A stretch of DNA of 64,000 nucleotides from Dehalococcoidia bacterium. Lineage in GTDB: Bacteria > Chloroflexota > Dehalococcoidia > Lucifugimonadales > JAGWBF01. Where the stretch lies: contig CBDDDW010000016.1 of assembly GCA_965226805.1 (NCBI GenBank), forward strand, positions 9,393-73,392, read 5' to 3'. Positions 44,983 through 54,268 of the stretch are shown in pieces; within the stretch, counting starts at the first letter, position 1, and every line of letters begins with the position of its first letter. Below the pieces are notes generated by a model. That model saw nothing but the letters and a program-made list of their open reading frames with translations. It made no database searches and was not told the origin of the DNA. Both the position numbers and the translations under genes were made by a program.

Positions 44983-45255
44983 TCAATAGAGTCGTCGCCT
45001 TCTCCTCTTAGCGCCGCCCATTCCATCCGCGGCGGCGGTCTGGACATACCGGTAGCTCTTTTCTATCCAGCTGACTGCTCCCGCCACTTCCTCTGGGCTG
45101 GCTTGAGGGAATTCCACCCAGTCGCCAAACCGGCCGGTGTGGCCGTGGATGAAGGGCCGGGCGCCCCAGCGCTCTTCGGCCTCCGGTTTGTCTTCCTTGC
45201 GTAGCTTGACGATCACCCTGTTGTCGTAGACGAAGGCGAACATCTTGCCGTTCAC
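44983..45255 (-). CDS. Small TfoX-N-like protein, probably N-terminally disrupted.
   Basis: 'VNGKMFAFVYDNRVIVKL…'. Homology-like sequence continues upstream of the first canonical start without one in frame (see findings). Confidence 0.4.
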   Translation of the reverse strand: MNGKMFAFVYDNRVIVKLRKEDKPEAEERWGARPFIHGHTGRFGDWVEFPQASPEEVAGAVSWIEKSYRYVQTAAADGMGGAKRRRRRLY

Positions 45256-45432
45256 CAGGTAAACCAGGGCGCCAAACGTCTGGCGGGAGGAGACGTTCTT
45301 CCAGGGTAGCAGATGAGCATCCAGCTCCTCTCGTATCTCACAGAGAAAGCCATCACTCTCTTCTGGTAGCTTGTACCATAGGACGTGTGTGGGATCTGGA
45401 TACCGCGATTAGGCACCCGCTTTTCAGGGCGC

Positions 45433-47100
45433 CTATTCCCACTCGATCGTGCCAGGGGGCTTGCTGGTGATGTCGTAGACAACCCGGTTCACTCCCGGGA
45501 CTTCATTAACCATCCTGCTGGAGATGCGTGCCAGTACGTCGTAGGGAAGACGAACCCAGTCAGCAGTCATCGCATCCTCGCTGCTCACTGCCCGGATCGC
45601 CACTACCTGGTTATAGGTGCGGTGATCGCCCATAACACCTACGCTTCTACTGTCGGTAAGGACCGCGAAGGTTTGCCAGAGCTGGTGGTACAGGTTGGCG
45701 CCCTTTATTTCGTCGATGACGATCCAGTCGCAGTCGCGTAACATATCCAGCTTCTCCTGAGTGATCTCGCCGATAATTCTAATGGCGAGGCCGGGCCCAG
45801 GAAAGGGCTGTCGGTACACGATCTCCGGGGGCAGGCCGAGGGCGAGGCCGACTTCTCGCACCTCGTCCTTGAAGAGATACCTGAGGGGCTCCACCAGATT
45901 CAACTTCATGTCACTGGGCAGCCCTCCAACATTATGGTGCGTCTTTATTTTGGCCGACGCCGTGTTCTCGGGACTCCGGCTCTCTATGACATCCGGATAA
46001 AGGGTTCCCTGGGCCAGGAACTCGGTGTCTTCCATCTCTGCCGCCGCCTCTTCGAACACATGAATGAACTCCTCGCCGACGACACGCCGCTTCTCCTCGG
46101 GATCCGTGATCCCTTGGAGACGGCGGACGAAACGCTCCGACGCATCCACATAGGTAAGATTGAGCCCAACACTGCGACGAAAGGTGTTCAACACCCGCTC
46201 CGGCTCCTCTTTACGAAGCAGGCCGTTGTTCACGAAGATGCAGGAGAGCTGGCTACCCACCGCCTGGTGGATCAGAGCAGCCGTGACGGCCGAGTCCACG
46301 CCTCCAGAGAGGGCGCATATTACGTTCCCATCGCCGACTTGACGGGCCACGGCCTCGATGGACTGCTTTACAAAATTGCGAGGCGTCCAGAAGCCCTGGC
46401 AGCGGCAGATCTGGTACAGGAAATTTTCCAGAATTGTCTTGCCATCGGCGGTGTGGGCGACCTCTGGATGGAACTGAAGTCCGTAGATATTTCGCTCATT
46501 GCCCATGACTGCCATGGGGGAGTTATCGGTATATCCCAGAGATACGTAACCTGGTGGGAGCTCCTCGATCCGGTCGCCATGGCTCATCCAGACAGGCATA
46601 GAGCTGGGTAGATTGGCGAATATCGGTGACTCGGAGGCGTTCTGGTGGAGCACGGCGTGGCCATACTCCCTCTTGAGTCCCGGGATCACCTTGCCTCCCA
46701 GCTGGTGAACGAGCACCTGCATTCCGTAGCAGATGCCCAGTATGGGGAGGGACTTCTCGTAGACCCAGGTGGGGGCCAGAGGGGCCCCGGGATCGTAGAT
46801 GCTGGACGGGCCCCCTGAGAGTATCACGCCCTTGGGGTTGAAATGGGCCACCTTCTCCCAGGGTGTGTCCGGGGGCAAGATCTCCGAATATACTTTTAGC
46901 TCCCTCACCCGCCGGGCGATAAGCCGGCTGTACTGAGAGCCGAAGTCCAGGATCACGATGCCTTCCCCCAGGTCCGCCGGCTCGGTCTCAGGCTCTGGGG
47001 CATCGCCTTCTCTCCCCTTGGCTATCTCGAGGTAGGTGGAGACTTCCAGGTCGTCGCTGGTGGCTACTCTCCGGCTCGGGGAAGGCTTTTCACTTGGCAT
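45433..47100 (-). CDS. guaA: GMP synthase (glutamine-hydrolyzing).
   Basis: 'VILDFGSQYSRLIARRVRE', 'ICYGMQ', 'SGGVDS' (PP-loop) and the C-terminal 'PPGTIEWE'. The ~45-aa acidic N-terminal extension is doubtful. The GTG in 'GIVILDFG' is an alternative start. Confidence 0.9.
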   Translation of the reverse strand: MPSEKPSPSRRVATSDDLEVSTYLEIAKGREGDAPEPETEPADLGEGIVILDFGSQYSRLIARRVRELKVYSEILPPDTPWEKVAHFNPKGVILSGGPSSIYDPGAPLAPTWVYEKSLPILGICYGMQVLVHQLGGKVIPGLKREYGHAVLHQNASESPIFANLPSSMPVWMSHGDRIEELPPGYVSLGYTDNSPMAVMGNERNIYGLQFHPEVAHTADGKTILENFLYQICRCQGFWTPRNFVKQSIEAVARQVGDGNVICALSGGVDSAVTAALIHQAVGSQLSCIFVNNGLLRKEEPERVLNTFRRSVGLNLTYVDASERFVRRLQGITDPEEKRRVVGEEFIHVFEEAAAEMEDTEFLAQGTLYPDVIESRSPENTASAKIKTHHNVGGLPSDMKLNLVEPLRYLFKDEVREVGLALGLPPEIVYRQPFPGPGLAIRIIGEITQEKLDMLRDCDWIVIDEIKGANLYHQLWQTFAVLTDSRSVGVMGDHRTYNQVVAIRAVSSEDAMTADWVRLPYDVLARISSRMVNEVPGVNRVVYDITSKPPGTIEWE

Positions 47101-47356
47101 AATTCCGCTGCAACAATTATTAACACAGCGGTCTACGGGTGTCTACTGCCAAAACATACTCCGACTTATTGACATAACACTTGCGTGTGCTGGTATAGCA
47201 AACCAGGAATTTAGGGAGGATGGATAAAGAGGTGGTCAGACCACCTCAGCTTGGCGACCTTGTTTGCTGAGACTGTCTTATCCACCGTCGTGGCATAGTA
47301 CCACGCGTTTCGCGCTTGCGTTGATGTGAGAGCATCTGATCTCGTTCATAATGATG

Positions 47357-48497
47357 AGTGACACTTAGAATAGTGTCATCATGAAGATAGTAGGAACGAG
47401 AGGAACAGGTACCAAAGGTATAAGCAGGGTGCAGGGGATCAGCAGGATGGCCAAGGCCAGATTGAAGTGGATGGACCATTACCGCACCTATAGAAACGCC
47501 GCATTGACCTGTCGCTACTTTGGCATCAGCCGGCAGACCTTTTATCGGTGGAAGGGACGGTACAACTCCAGGGATCTCAGCAGCCTGGAAGAGCGTTCCC
47601 ATAAGCCCAAGCGGCTACGTCGGCCTAGCTGGTCTCGGGAGCTGGCTCAGCCTAGCTGGTCTCGGGAGCTGGCTCTAGCAGTGTTACATCTGAGAGAGCA
47701 GTATCCAAGGTGGGGGAAAGACAAGTTGGCAGTGCTGCTAAGGGAGAGGGGCTGGGAGGTGTCCACCTCCATGGTGGGACGTATCCTGAGCCACCTGAAG
47801 GCCCGTGGGGTGCTCAAGGAGCCGCTCCGCAATGGTATTCCCACCCGTAAGCGGCTGTGGCGTCGTACCTACGCCGTGCGCAAGCCCAAAGGATATGAGG
47901 TAAAGAAGCCGGGAGACTTAGTTCAGGTGGACACTCTGGATATACGCCCACTGCCTGGGATGGTCCTGAAGCACTTCACTGCCCGCGATGTGGTCTCCCG
48001 CTGGGATGTGGTGGAAGCCCACACCAGAGCCACTGCTACCACGGCGGCGGGCTTCTTGGAGCGCCTCCTGGAGCGGATGCCCTTCCCTATAAGGGCCATC
48101 CAAGTGGATGGTGGCTCTGAGTTCCAGGCGGCCTTTGAGATGGAATGCCAGCGCCGGGAACTGAAGCTCTTTGTGCTGCCACCCCGATCCCCCAAGCTCA
48201 ACGGCTGTGTGGAGCGGGCCCAACGCACCCATACAGAAGAGTTCTATGAGGTCAACGACTTCTCCCTGGAAGTGGCTCCCCTCAACCGGGAGCTGCTGGC
48301 CTGGGAACGTATCTACAATACTGTGCGTCCCCATCAGGCACTGGGGTACCTAACCCCCTGGGCGTTCTGGCAGCGCTGGCTCTTGGATCACCCACCGGAC
48401 AAAGAAAACGGAACGGCGGGCATATCACCCGGCGTCCCGTCTTCCCCATACACTTCCACCATATCACATCCCACCCTGAAGGAGGTCAAGTGTCACT
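47357..48497 (+). mobile_element. IS481-family insertion sequence (boundaries approximate).
   Basis: A short terminal inverted repeat AGTGACACTT (47357..47366) / AAGTGTCACT (48488..48497) encloses one rve-type transposase. The right IR lies inside the transposase 3' end, as is common in IS481. Confidence 0.55.
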
Positions 48498-48499
48498 AA
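47381..48499 (+). CDS. IS481-family transposase (HTH plus rve integrase core).
   Basis: 'RQTFYRWKGRY', 'PRWGKDKL', 'VQVDTLDI…', 'AIQVDGGSEF' and 'NTVRPHQALGY'. It contains an in-frame 27-bp tandem duplication (47624..47677). Confidence 0.8.
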   Translation: MKIVGTRGTGTKGISRVQGISRMAKARLKWMDHYRTYRNAALTCRYFGISRQTFYRWKGRYNSRDLSSLEERSHKPKRLRRPSWSRELAQPSWSRELALAVLHLREQYPRWGKDKLAVLLRERGWEVSTSMVGRILSHLKARGVLKEPLRNGIPTRKRLWRRTYAVRKPKGYEVKKPGDLVQVDTLDIRPLPGMVLKHFTARDVVSRWDVVEAHTRATATTAAGFLERLLERMPFPIRAIQVDGGSEFQAAFEMECQRRELKLFVLPPRSPKLNGCVERAQRTHTEEFYEVNDFSLEVAPLNRELLAWERIYNTVRPHQALGYLTPWAFWQRWLLDHPPDKENGTAGISPGVPSSPYTSTISHPTLKEVKCH

Positions 48500-48593
48500 T
48501 CTACTGGACGAGTACAGCATCTCGACCTGGTTTTGTAGCTATGCTATACTCAGTCGGTAGTCGCCTGAGTCTCAAGGGGAGCGAAATTCTCGT

Positions 48594-49226
48594 ATGGTCA
48601 CGTCCGGTGCCCTTCAACGAGCCATACAGGAAGCAGTCGCGGTGCTGAGAGGGAAAGGAGTTGTCGCCTTTCCTACGGATACGATCTATGGACTGGGAGC
48701 CGATGCCTTTTCCGTGGAGGCGGTGGCCCGCGTTTTCAGCATCAAGGGGAGGCCACAGGAGATGGGCATGCCTCTCCTTCTGGGAAGTATCCGGGACCTG
48801 GATAAGGTAACCTCAGATGTTCCCGACCTCGCCCGCACTTTCGTAGAGCGCTTCTGGCCGGGGCCGCTTACGTTAATACTCACGAAATCTACAGATGTGC
48901 CCTCTGCTGTCACAGGAGGCAAGGACTCCGTTGCCGTAAGGATGCCCGACCATGAGGTGCCTCTCATGCTGATCCGGGAGTTGGGTGGACCCATAACGGG
49001 TACCAGCGCGAACCCCACCGGAGGGCCGGACCCTACCACGGCTGAGGATGTGAGGAGGCTCTTGAAAGATAAGGTTGACTTCCTCCTGGACGGAGGGCCG
49101 TCCACCAGCGGGCGCGCCTCTACAATCTTGGACTTTACCGGTCCCAGTCCGAAAGTGGTGCGCTCTGGGGCGATAGCGATTGAGTGCCTCCAATCCTTCT
49201 GCCCAGTTCCTCTCGATGTCCCCTGA
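48594..49226 (+). CDS. tsaC: L-threonylcarbamoyladenylate synthase (YrdC/Sua5 family).
   Basis: 'GVVAFPTDTIYGLGADAF', 'IKGRPQ', 'WPGPLTLIL' and 'GTSANPTG'. Confidence 0.8.
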   Translation: MVTSGALQRAIQEAVAVLRGKGVVAFPTDTIYGLGADAFSVEAVARVFSIKGRPQEMGMPLLLGSIRDLDKVTSDVPDLARTFVERFWPGPLTLILTKSTDVPSAVTGGKDSVAVRMPDHEVPLMLIRELGGPITGTSANPTGGPDPTTAEDVRRLLKDKVDFLLDGGPSTSGRASTILDFTGPSPKVVRSGAIAIECLQSFCPVPLDVP

Positions 49227-49374
49227 CAGGGCGAAGGGGCCAGTGGGGCGGAGTTGAGAAAAGGGATCAGGAGCGGTCGGCTGAGCGTCTGGTCACCAAG
49301 CCATAGCGCCTCAAAAGGCGTACAGCGTCCGGAGAGGCTGCCATGAGAAGAGAGGGGATCGAGCCGGGGGCAGA

Positions 49375-50391
49375 ATGGATTTTCCTATAGAGTACCAACA
49401 ATCTCTGGAACAGGAGCTGAGGGAGACTTTCGCAGGTCAAGAAGGCCTCTTATATAATATGCTGCTTTACCAGCTAGGATGGATGGATGAGCAGGGTATG
49501 CCCATCTCCGGAGATTCTGTTGATCGCCACCACGCCCTGCTATGCCTTCTCACGTGTGAGTCGCTTCTGGGTGATTATGCTCCGGCTCTCCCCGCTGGGG
49601 CAGCTGTGGAGCTGGTCCATAATTTCACCCTGATTCATGAAGATGTCCACTCGGGAAATCCCCACCGCGGTCGGCGCCCGAATGTATGGTGGATATGGGG
49701 ACCTGGCCAGGCCATTAATGCGGGCGACGGGATGCACGCTCTGGCGCGCCTGGCCCTAATGCGGCTCGAAGGAAGGGGGCTCTCAGGAGCTAGAGTGTTG
49801 GACGCCATGCGACTGCTGGACCAGGCTTGTCTGAGCATGTGCGAAGGCCAATATATGGACCTGGCGTTTCAGGAGAAGGTGGACGTGGGGATCGAATCGT
49901 ACATGAAAATGGCGGCGGGCAAGGCCGGCGCATTGACCTCCTGCGCGATGGGTCTGGGTGCCCTTGTCGCCGCTGAGGACAACGGTATTATCGAATCCTT
50001 CAAGGAGTGCGGAGTCAACCTGGGTATAGCTCACCAGATCATGCAAGATATCGATGAAATCGAAGGGAGCGTCTCAGAGGAGAGCTTGTCAAGTAACGTG
50101 CTGATCAAGAAGAAGCTGCTGCCCATCGTACATACCCTTACGACCGGGGAGCCTTCCACAAGGCGGGAGCTGGGGACAATATACTTCAAACGCGTACTGG
50201 AGCCTAGAGACGTTCAGCACGTGGTAAATATCCTGAAGGAGAGCTCTGCCCTCGATTTCGCCCGAAATAAGGCTCAGGAGTACTGCCAGACGGCTATTGC
50301 TTCACTGGAGGGCGTCGAGATGCCGTCCGATGGGCGGGACCGGCTAACCAAGCTGTGCTGGTCCGTGATCGAGCGAGAGAGGCAGCAGTGA
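49375..50391 (+). CDS. Polyprenyl synthetase-fold protein with degenerate Asp-rich motifs.
   Basis: The scaffold matches trans-prenyltransferases: 'AAVELVHNFTLIH…', 'AINAGDG', 'GQYMDL', 'KAGALTS' and 'LGIAHQI'. However, DDxxxxD reads EDVHSGN and DDxxD reads QDIDE. Confidence 0.6.
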   Translation: MDFPIEYQQSLEQELRETFAGQEGLLYNMLLYQLGWMDEQGMPISGDSVDRHHALLCLLTCESLLGDYAPALPAGAAVELVHNFTLIHEDVHSGNPHRGRRPNVWWIWGPGQAINAGDGMHALARLALMRLEGRGLSGARVLDAMRLLDQACLSMCEGQYMDLAFQEKVDVGIESYMKMAAGKAGALTSCAMGLGALVAAEDNGIIESFKECGVNLGIAHQIMQDIDEIEGSVSEESLSSNVLIKKKLLPIVHTLTTGEPSTRRELGTIYFKRVLEPRDVQHVVNILKESSALDFARNKAQEYCQTAIASLEGVEMPSDGRDRLTKLCWSVIERERQQ

Positions 50392-51584
50392 AGAAACGGA
50401 GCCTGGAAGACGTAGACGTCCGAGGCAAGCCGGTGCTGGTCAGAGTGGATTTCAACGTCCCTGTAGAACGGGGGATCGATTCACTGGCCTCCTACGATCA
50501 CCGCCTCCGAGTGACCCTGCCGACCATCCAGCACCTCATCGAGCATGGCAGCAAGATAATTCTCTGCTCTCATCTTGGGAGACCCATGGGCAAGGTGGTG
50601 GAGGCGCTACGCATGGCCCCGGTCGGGCGGCGGCTGTCGGCCCTCCTCTCCCGTCCGGTAAAGGTTCTGAGTGACTGCATCGGTAGCGAAGTAGAGAGAG
50701 CGGTATCCGAGATGTCCGGAGGCGACATCCTGATGTTGGAGAATCTCCGTTTCCATCCAGGGGAGGAGGAGAATGACCCAGAGTTTGCCAGGGCCCTGGC
50801 ATCCCCTGCAGAGTTGTTCGTTATGGACGCTTTCGCGGTGGCTCACCGCGCTCACGCCTCCACTGTTGGGGTGCCGAAACACCTGCCCTCTGCCGCGGGG
50901 TGCCTACTGCAGCGTGAGCTAGAGCAACTGGGCAGGGTCCTGGACTCTCCTGAACGGCCCATGGCCGCTGTTTTGGGCGGAGCTAAGGTAAGCGACAAAA
51001 TCGTGGTCTTAGAGAATCTCTTGCACACGATCGACCGGCTTTTCATCGGCGGGGGCATGGCAGCCACCTTCCTGAAGGCCCAGGGACATGCTACCGGTTC
51101 TTCTCTTGTGGAGGACGATAAACTCGAATTTGCCTCCCGGCTGCTCAACGAGGCTCATGACAAGGGCATTTCGGTCCACATTCCCACGGACGTGGTAATA
51201 TCCGACCGGTTCGGTTCGGACTCAGGACAGGCGTGTACGGTGCCCGTTGGCCAGGTGCCGGAGGGCTGGTATATCATGGACATAGGAGCCGCTAGTGTTG
51301 AAGAGTTCGTGGCCGGGCTTCACGGGTCCAAGACGGTGATGTGGAACGGCCCAATGGGGGTATTCGAGTACGCGCCCTTCGCGGAGGGAACACGACACAT
51401 CGGATACACTCTGGCTGCCATGAATGCAATTACGCTGCTGGGCGGAGGCTCAACCGCCGAGGTAGCGGAAGAGCTGGGCATAACAGACAAACTGACCCAC
51501 GTTTCAACGGGCGGCGGCGCCTCTCTTGGGTTCCTCGAGGGAAAGGAGCTGCCTGGGATAGCGGCTTTACCAGACGCCGGCTGA
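50388..51584 (+). CDS. pgk: Phosphoglycerate kinase.
   Basis: 'VLVRVDFNVP', 'SHLGRP', 'ENLRFH', 'GGAKVSDKI' and 'STGGGASL'. The GTG at 50388 overlaps the upstream TGA (GTGA) and gives a normal ~398-aa protein. Confidence 0.9.
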   Translation: MKKRSLEDVDVRGKPVLVRVDFNVPVERGIDSLASYDHRLRVTLPTIQHLIEHGSKIILCSHLGRPMGKVVEALRMAPVGRRLSALLSRPVKVLSDCIGSEVERAVSEMSGGDILMLENLRFHPGEEENDPEFARALASPAELFVMDAFAVAHRAHASTVGVPKHLPSAAGCLLQRELEQLGRVLDSPERPMAAVLGGAKVSDKIVVLENLLHTIDRLFIGGGMAATFLKAQGHATGSSLVEDDKLEFASRLLNEAHDKGISVHIPTDVVISDRFGSDSGQACTVPVGQVPEGWYIMDIGAASVEEFVAGLHGSKTVMWNGPMGVFEYAPFAEGTRHIGYTLAAMNAITLLGGGSTAEVAEELGITDKLTHVSTGGGASLGFLEGKELPGIAALPDAG

Positions 51585-51618
51585 TCAGGTTAACGATTCG
51601 CAGTAAGCTGGAGCCAAG

Positions 51619-52824
51619 ATGATCGATCTGGAGACTTTGAAGGACTCTTATCAGACCACGCCAAGTAAGATCGTGATGCTGGTTGTGGATGGTCTGGGAG
51701 GGCTGCCCCACCCGGATACTCGCCGGTCGGAGCTGGAAACGGCCCCTATGCCGAATCTGGACGAATTGGCCAGAGAGAGTGCCTGCGGGCTGACCGTCCC
51801 GGTCCTTCCGGGTGTGGCTCCTGGGAGCGGTCCCGGACACCTGGCGATATTCGGTTACGATCCGCTGAAGTACTTTATCGGTAGGGGAGTCCTGGAGGCC
51901 CTAGGCATAGGGGTCGAGCTCAAGAAAGGGGACGTTTCGGCCAGGGGTAACTTCTGCACTGTTGACGCAGAGGGTAGTCTCGAGGACCGGAGGGCCGGGC
52001 GCATCCCCACGGAGGTCTCCATCCCGCTTTGTAGGGACCTTGATGAGATCGAGGTGGCGGGTGTTGATCTGCGTGTGTATCCCGTGGAGGGCTACCGTTT
52101 CGTCCTCCATTTGAGGGGCGATGGCCTCAGCGAAATGGTCGCCGAAACAGACCCTCAACGTGCAGGGGTGCCTGATCTGGAGGCCAAGGCTCTTTCCCCA
52201 GGTGGAGAGAAGACCGCCGGGATCGTGCGGGAATTCGTCCGCAGGGCCAGAGAGATTCTGAACAGCGAAGAAAGGGCCAACATGGTGCTCTTGCGGGGAT
52301 TCTCCACTCTGCCCCACCTACCGGCGATGGGTGAGACCTACGGGCTGAGTCCAGCGGCCATCGCGGCCTATCCCATGTATCGGGGGCTGTCCACGCTCGT
52401 TGGGATGAAAGTCATTCGCACTGGGAAGACCTTCTCCGACGAGCTGGACACTCTGTATCAGCACTACCAGGAGCACGACTTCTTCTACATCCACTACAAG
52501 CCCGCCGATGCCGCCGGAGAGGACGGCAATTTCGACGCCAAGGTGGAGGCGCTACGCCAGCTGGACACCTACATACCCAGGCTGCGGGAGCTGAACCCCG
52601 ACGTGCTGCTGGTGGCGGGGGACCACTCTACCCCGGCCATTATGGGCGCTCATAGCTGGCATCCGGTTCCATTCCTGCTCCATTCCTTGTTGACCCGGGG
52701 CGAAGGTATTGAGTCCTTTACAGAGAGGAACTGCGCGACCGGCTCTCTGGGCAGGCTGCCTGCCACCCAGATCATGCTGCTTGCCCTTGCCCATGCCGGC
52801 AAGCTCGCCAAATTCGGCCCGTGA
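51619..52824 (+). CDS. apgM: Cofactor-independent phosphoglycerate mutase, archaeal ApgM type.
   Basis: 401 aa; 'IVMLVVDGLGG', 'PGSGPGHLAIFGYDP', 'DAAGEDGNF' and 'LLVAGDHSTP'. Confidence 0.8.
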   Translation: MIDLETLKDSYQTTPSKIVMLVVDGLGGLPHPDTRRSELETAPMPNLDELARESACGLTVPVLPGVAPGSGPGHLAIFGYDPLKYFIGRGVLEALGIGVELKKGDVSARGNFCTVDAEGSLEDRRAGRIPTEVSIPLCRDLDEIEVAGVDLRVYPVEGYRFVLHLRGDGLSEMVAETDPQRAGVPDLEAKALSPGGEKTAGIVREFVRRAREILNSEERANMVLLRGFSTLPHLPAMGETYGLSPAAIAAYPMYRGLSTLVGMKVIRTGKTFSDELDTLYQHYQEHDFFYIHYKPADAAGEDGNFDAKVEALRQLDTYIPRLRELNPDVLLVAGDHSTPAIMGAHSWHPVPFLLHSLLTRGEGIESFTERNCATGSLGRLPATQIMLLALAHAGKLAKFGP

Positions 52825-52928
52825 CCGCAGTACAGGTTCCTTGTCCACGCAACCTCATCGACACTAGTCGTGTGTCTGCCAAATGGGTTTACAATACGTC
52901 AGCGCTCGACGTGGCCCCCCGGTCTGCC

Positions 52929-52964
52929 TCCTCTCCCTATGGGAGAGGATTGAGGTGAGGGTGA
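52929..52964. repeat. Family C short repeat.
   Basis: 'cctctccctatgggagaggattgaggtgagggtgag'. Confidence 0.65.
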
Positions 52965-53129
52965 GACCGGGGTTCGCGGGGAGGACCTCCTCATATCAGC
53001 ATTGTAATGCTATATACGAGACACTAGACTAGCAGCGAAGGCAGCCGCAAGCTTCCTCCCCAGCGGAGAGGACCAATGTTAAGGGTACGTCCTCAGGCTT
53101 ATTCCGGGACCGAGGCTGGGAACAAGAAA

Positions 53130-53195
53130 GTCATTCTGAGCCGCATGCGAAGCGCCTAGACAATATTTTAGACTCTTCGCTTCGCTCACGGTGAC
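53130..53195. repeat. Family A REP/MITE-like hairpin.
   Basis: 'gtcattctgagccgcatgcgaagcgcc…gactcttcgcttcgctcacggtgac'. Confidence 0.65.
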
Positions 53196-53223
53196 ACGGG
53201 GCGGTTGCTCTGGAGGCTCGACC

Positions 53224-53985
53224 ATGCCCATCCCGATAGTGGCAGGCAACTGGAAAATGAACACCTCCATCGGCGAGGCCGTTGAGCTGGCCATATCGAT
53301 GGTGAAGGCCCTCGATGCTGTCTCGGGCGTCCAAAAGGTGCTTTGTCCACCCTTCGTGTCGCTGGAGTCCGTGGGCCGGGCAATAGCGGGGAGCTCCATA
53401 AGTCTGGGAGCTCAGAACATGTATTACCAGGAAAAGGGCGCCTTCACCGGAGAGGTCTCTCCCGCTATGCTGGCCGGTTTGTGTCGGTTCGTGATCCTCG
53501 GCCACTCGGAGCGCCGTCAGCACTTCGGAGAGGGCGACGAGCTGATTAACTTCAAGGTGAAGGCTGCATTCGAAGCGGGACTGCGCCCCATCCTTTGCGT
53601 GGGCGAGACGCTTGAGCAACGGGAGGGTGCTAGGGCGTCGGAAGTAGTCGCGAACCAAGTGCGGGGCGGGCTAAGCTCTTTACATAACATACAAGGGCTG
53701 GTGATCGCTTACGAGCCTATTTGGGCGATAGGGACGGGCGTCTCGGCGACACCCGAGACAGCCTCTGAGATGATGGGCGAAGTCATCCTCCCTGCCCTGG
53801 TCGACCTCTATGGAGAGGACGTGGTCGCGGAGGTGCCCCTGCTCTACGGTGGTAGCGTTAACGCCGACAACGTGGGCGAGTTTCTCGGCGAACGGTGCAT
53901 CCACGGGGCCCTGGTGGGGGGCGCCAGCCTCCAGGCGGAGCAATTTGTGGAGATTGTGCGAACCACCGCGGGGGCGAAAGGATAG
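53224..53985 (+). CDS. tpiA: Triose-phosphate isomerase.
   Basis: 'IVAGNWKMN', 'ILGHSERR', 'AYEPIWAIGTG' and 'LYGGSV'. I chose the Met at 53224 for a canonical N-terminus. Confidence 0.9.
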   Translation: MPIPIVAGNWKMNTSIGEAVELAISMVKALDAVSGVQKVLCPPFVSLESVGRAIAGSSISLGAQNMYYQEKGAFTGEVSPAMLAGLCRFVILGHSERRQHFGEGDELINFKVKAAFEAGLRPILCVGETLEQREGARASEVVANQVRGGLSSLHNIQGLVIAYEPIWAIGTGVSATPETASEMMGEVILPALVDLYGEDVVAEVPLLYGGSVNADNVGEFLGERCIHGALVGGASLQAEQFVEIVRTTAGAKG

Positions 53986-53998
53986 CGTAGCCAGAGCC

Positions 53999-54268
53999 AT
54001 GCCCATCAGCCGTGAGGAGTTCGAGCAGGGGAGAACTAATCTGGCGTTTCCTATTGGTCATTTGCTCGCAAATAAATCGGACAACGCGTTCACCGCAAAT
54101 GAAATCCTGGAGATGCTCATCAGAGCGACAGAGAGACAGGCGAAATTGGAGGAGGTAAAGACCGCGCTAGATCTCCTGATTTCTCGCCGACGGGTCACGA
54201 TGAATGAGTTCGAGGGTGAGCAGTGGTATACTATAACCAAGAGGAGACTAGGCTTCCTTCGGGGGTAG
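53999..54268 (+). CDS. Small hypothetical protein (89 aa), winged-helix-like.
   Basis: ATG at 53999. The ORF-track 53810 start runs out of frame through the tpiA 3' end. This region is visibly more AT-rich than its surroundings. Confidence 0.5.
   Translation: MPISREEFEQGRTNLAFPIGHLLANKSDNAFTANEILEMLIRATERQAKLEEVKTALDLLISRRRVTMNEFEGEQWYTITKRRLGFLRG

Noticed and set aside
47101-47250. Purine riboswitch upstream of guaA.
   Set aside because: The reverse-complement leader lacks the conserved purine-riboswitch junction and loop strings. Only a generic CCGCTG…CAGCGG hairpin is present.
47246-47602. 118-aa minus-strand ORF overlapping the left end of the IS481-family element.
   Set aside because: It runs antisense across the IS terminus and transposase 5' end and has no recognisable motif.
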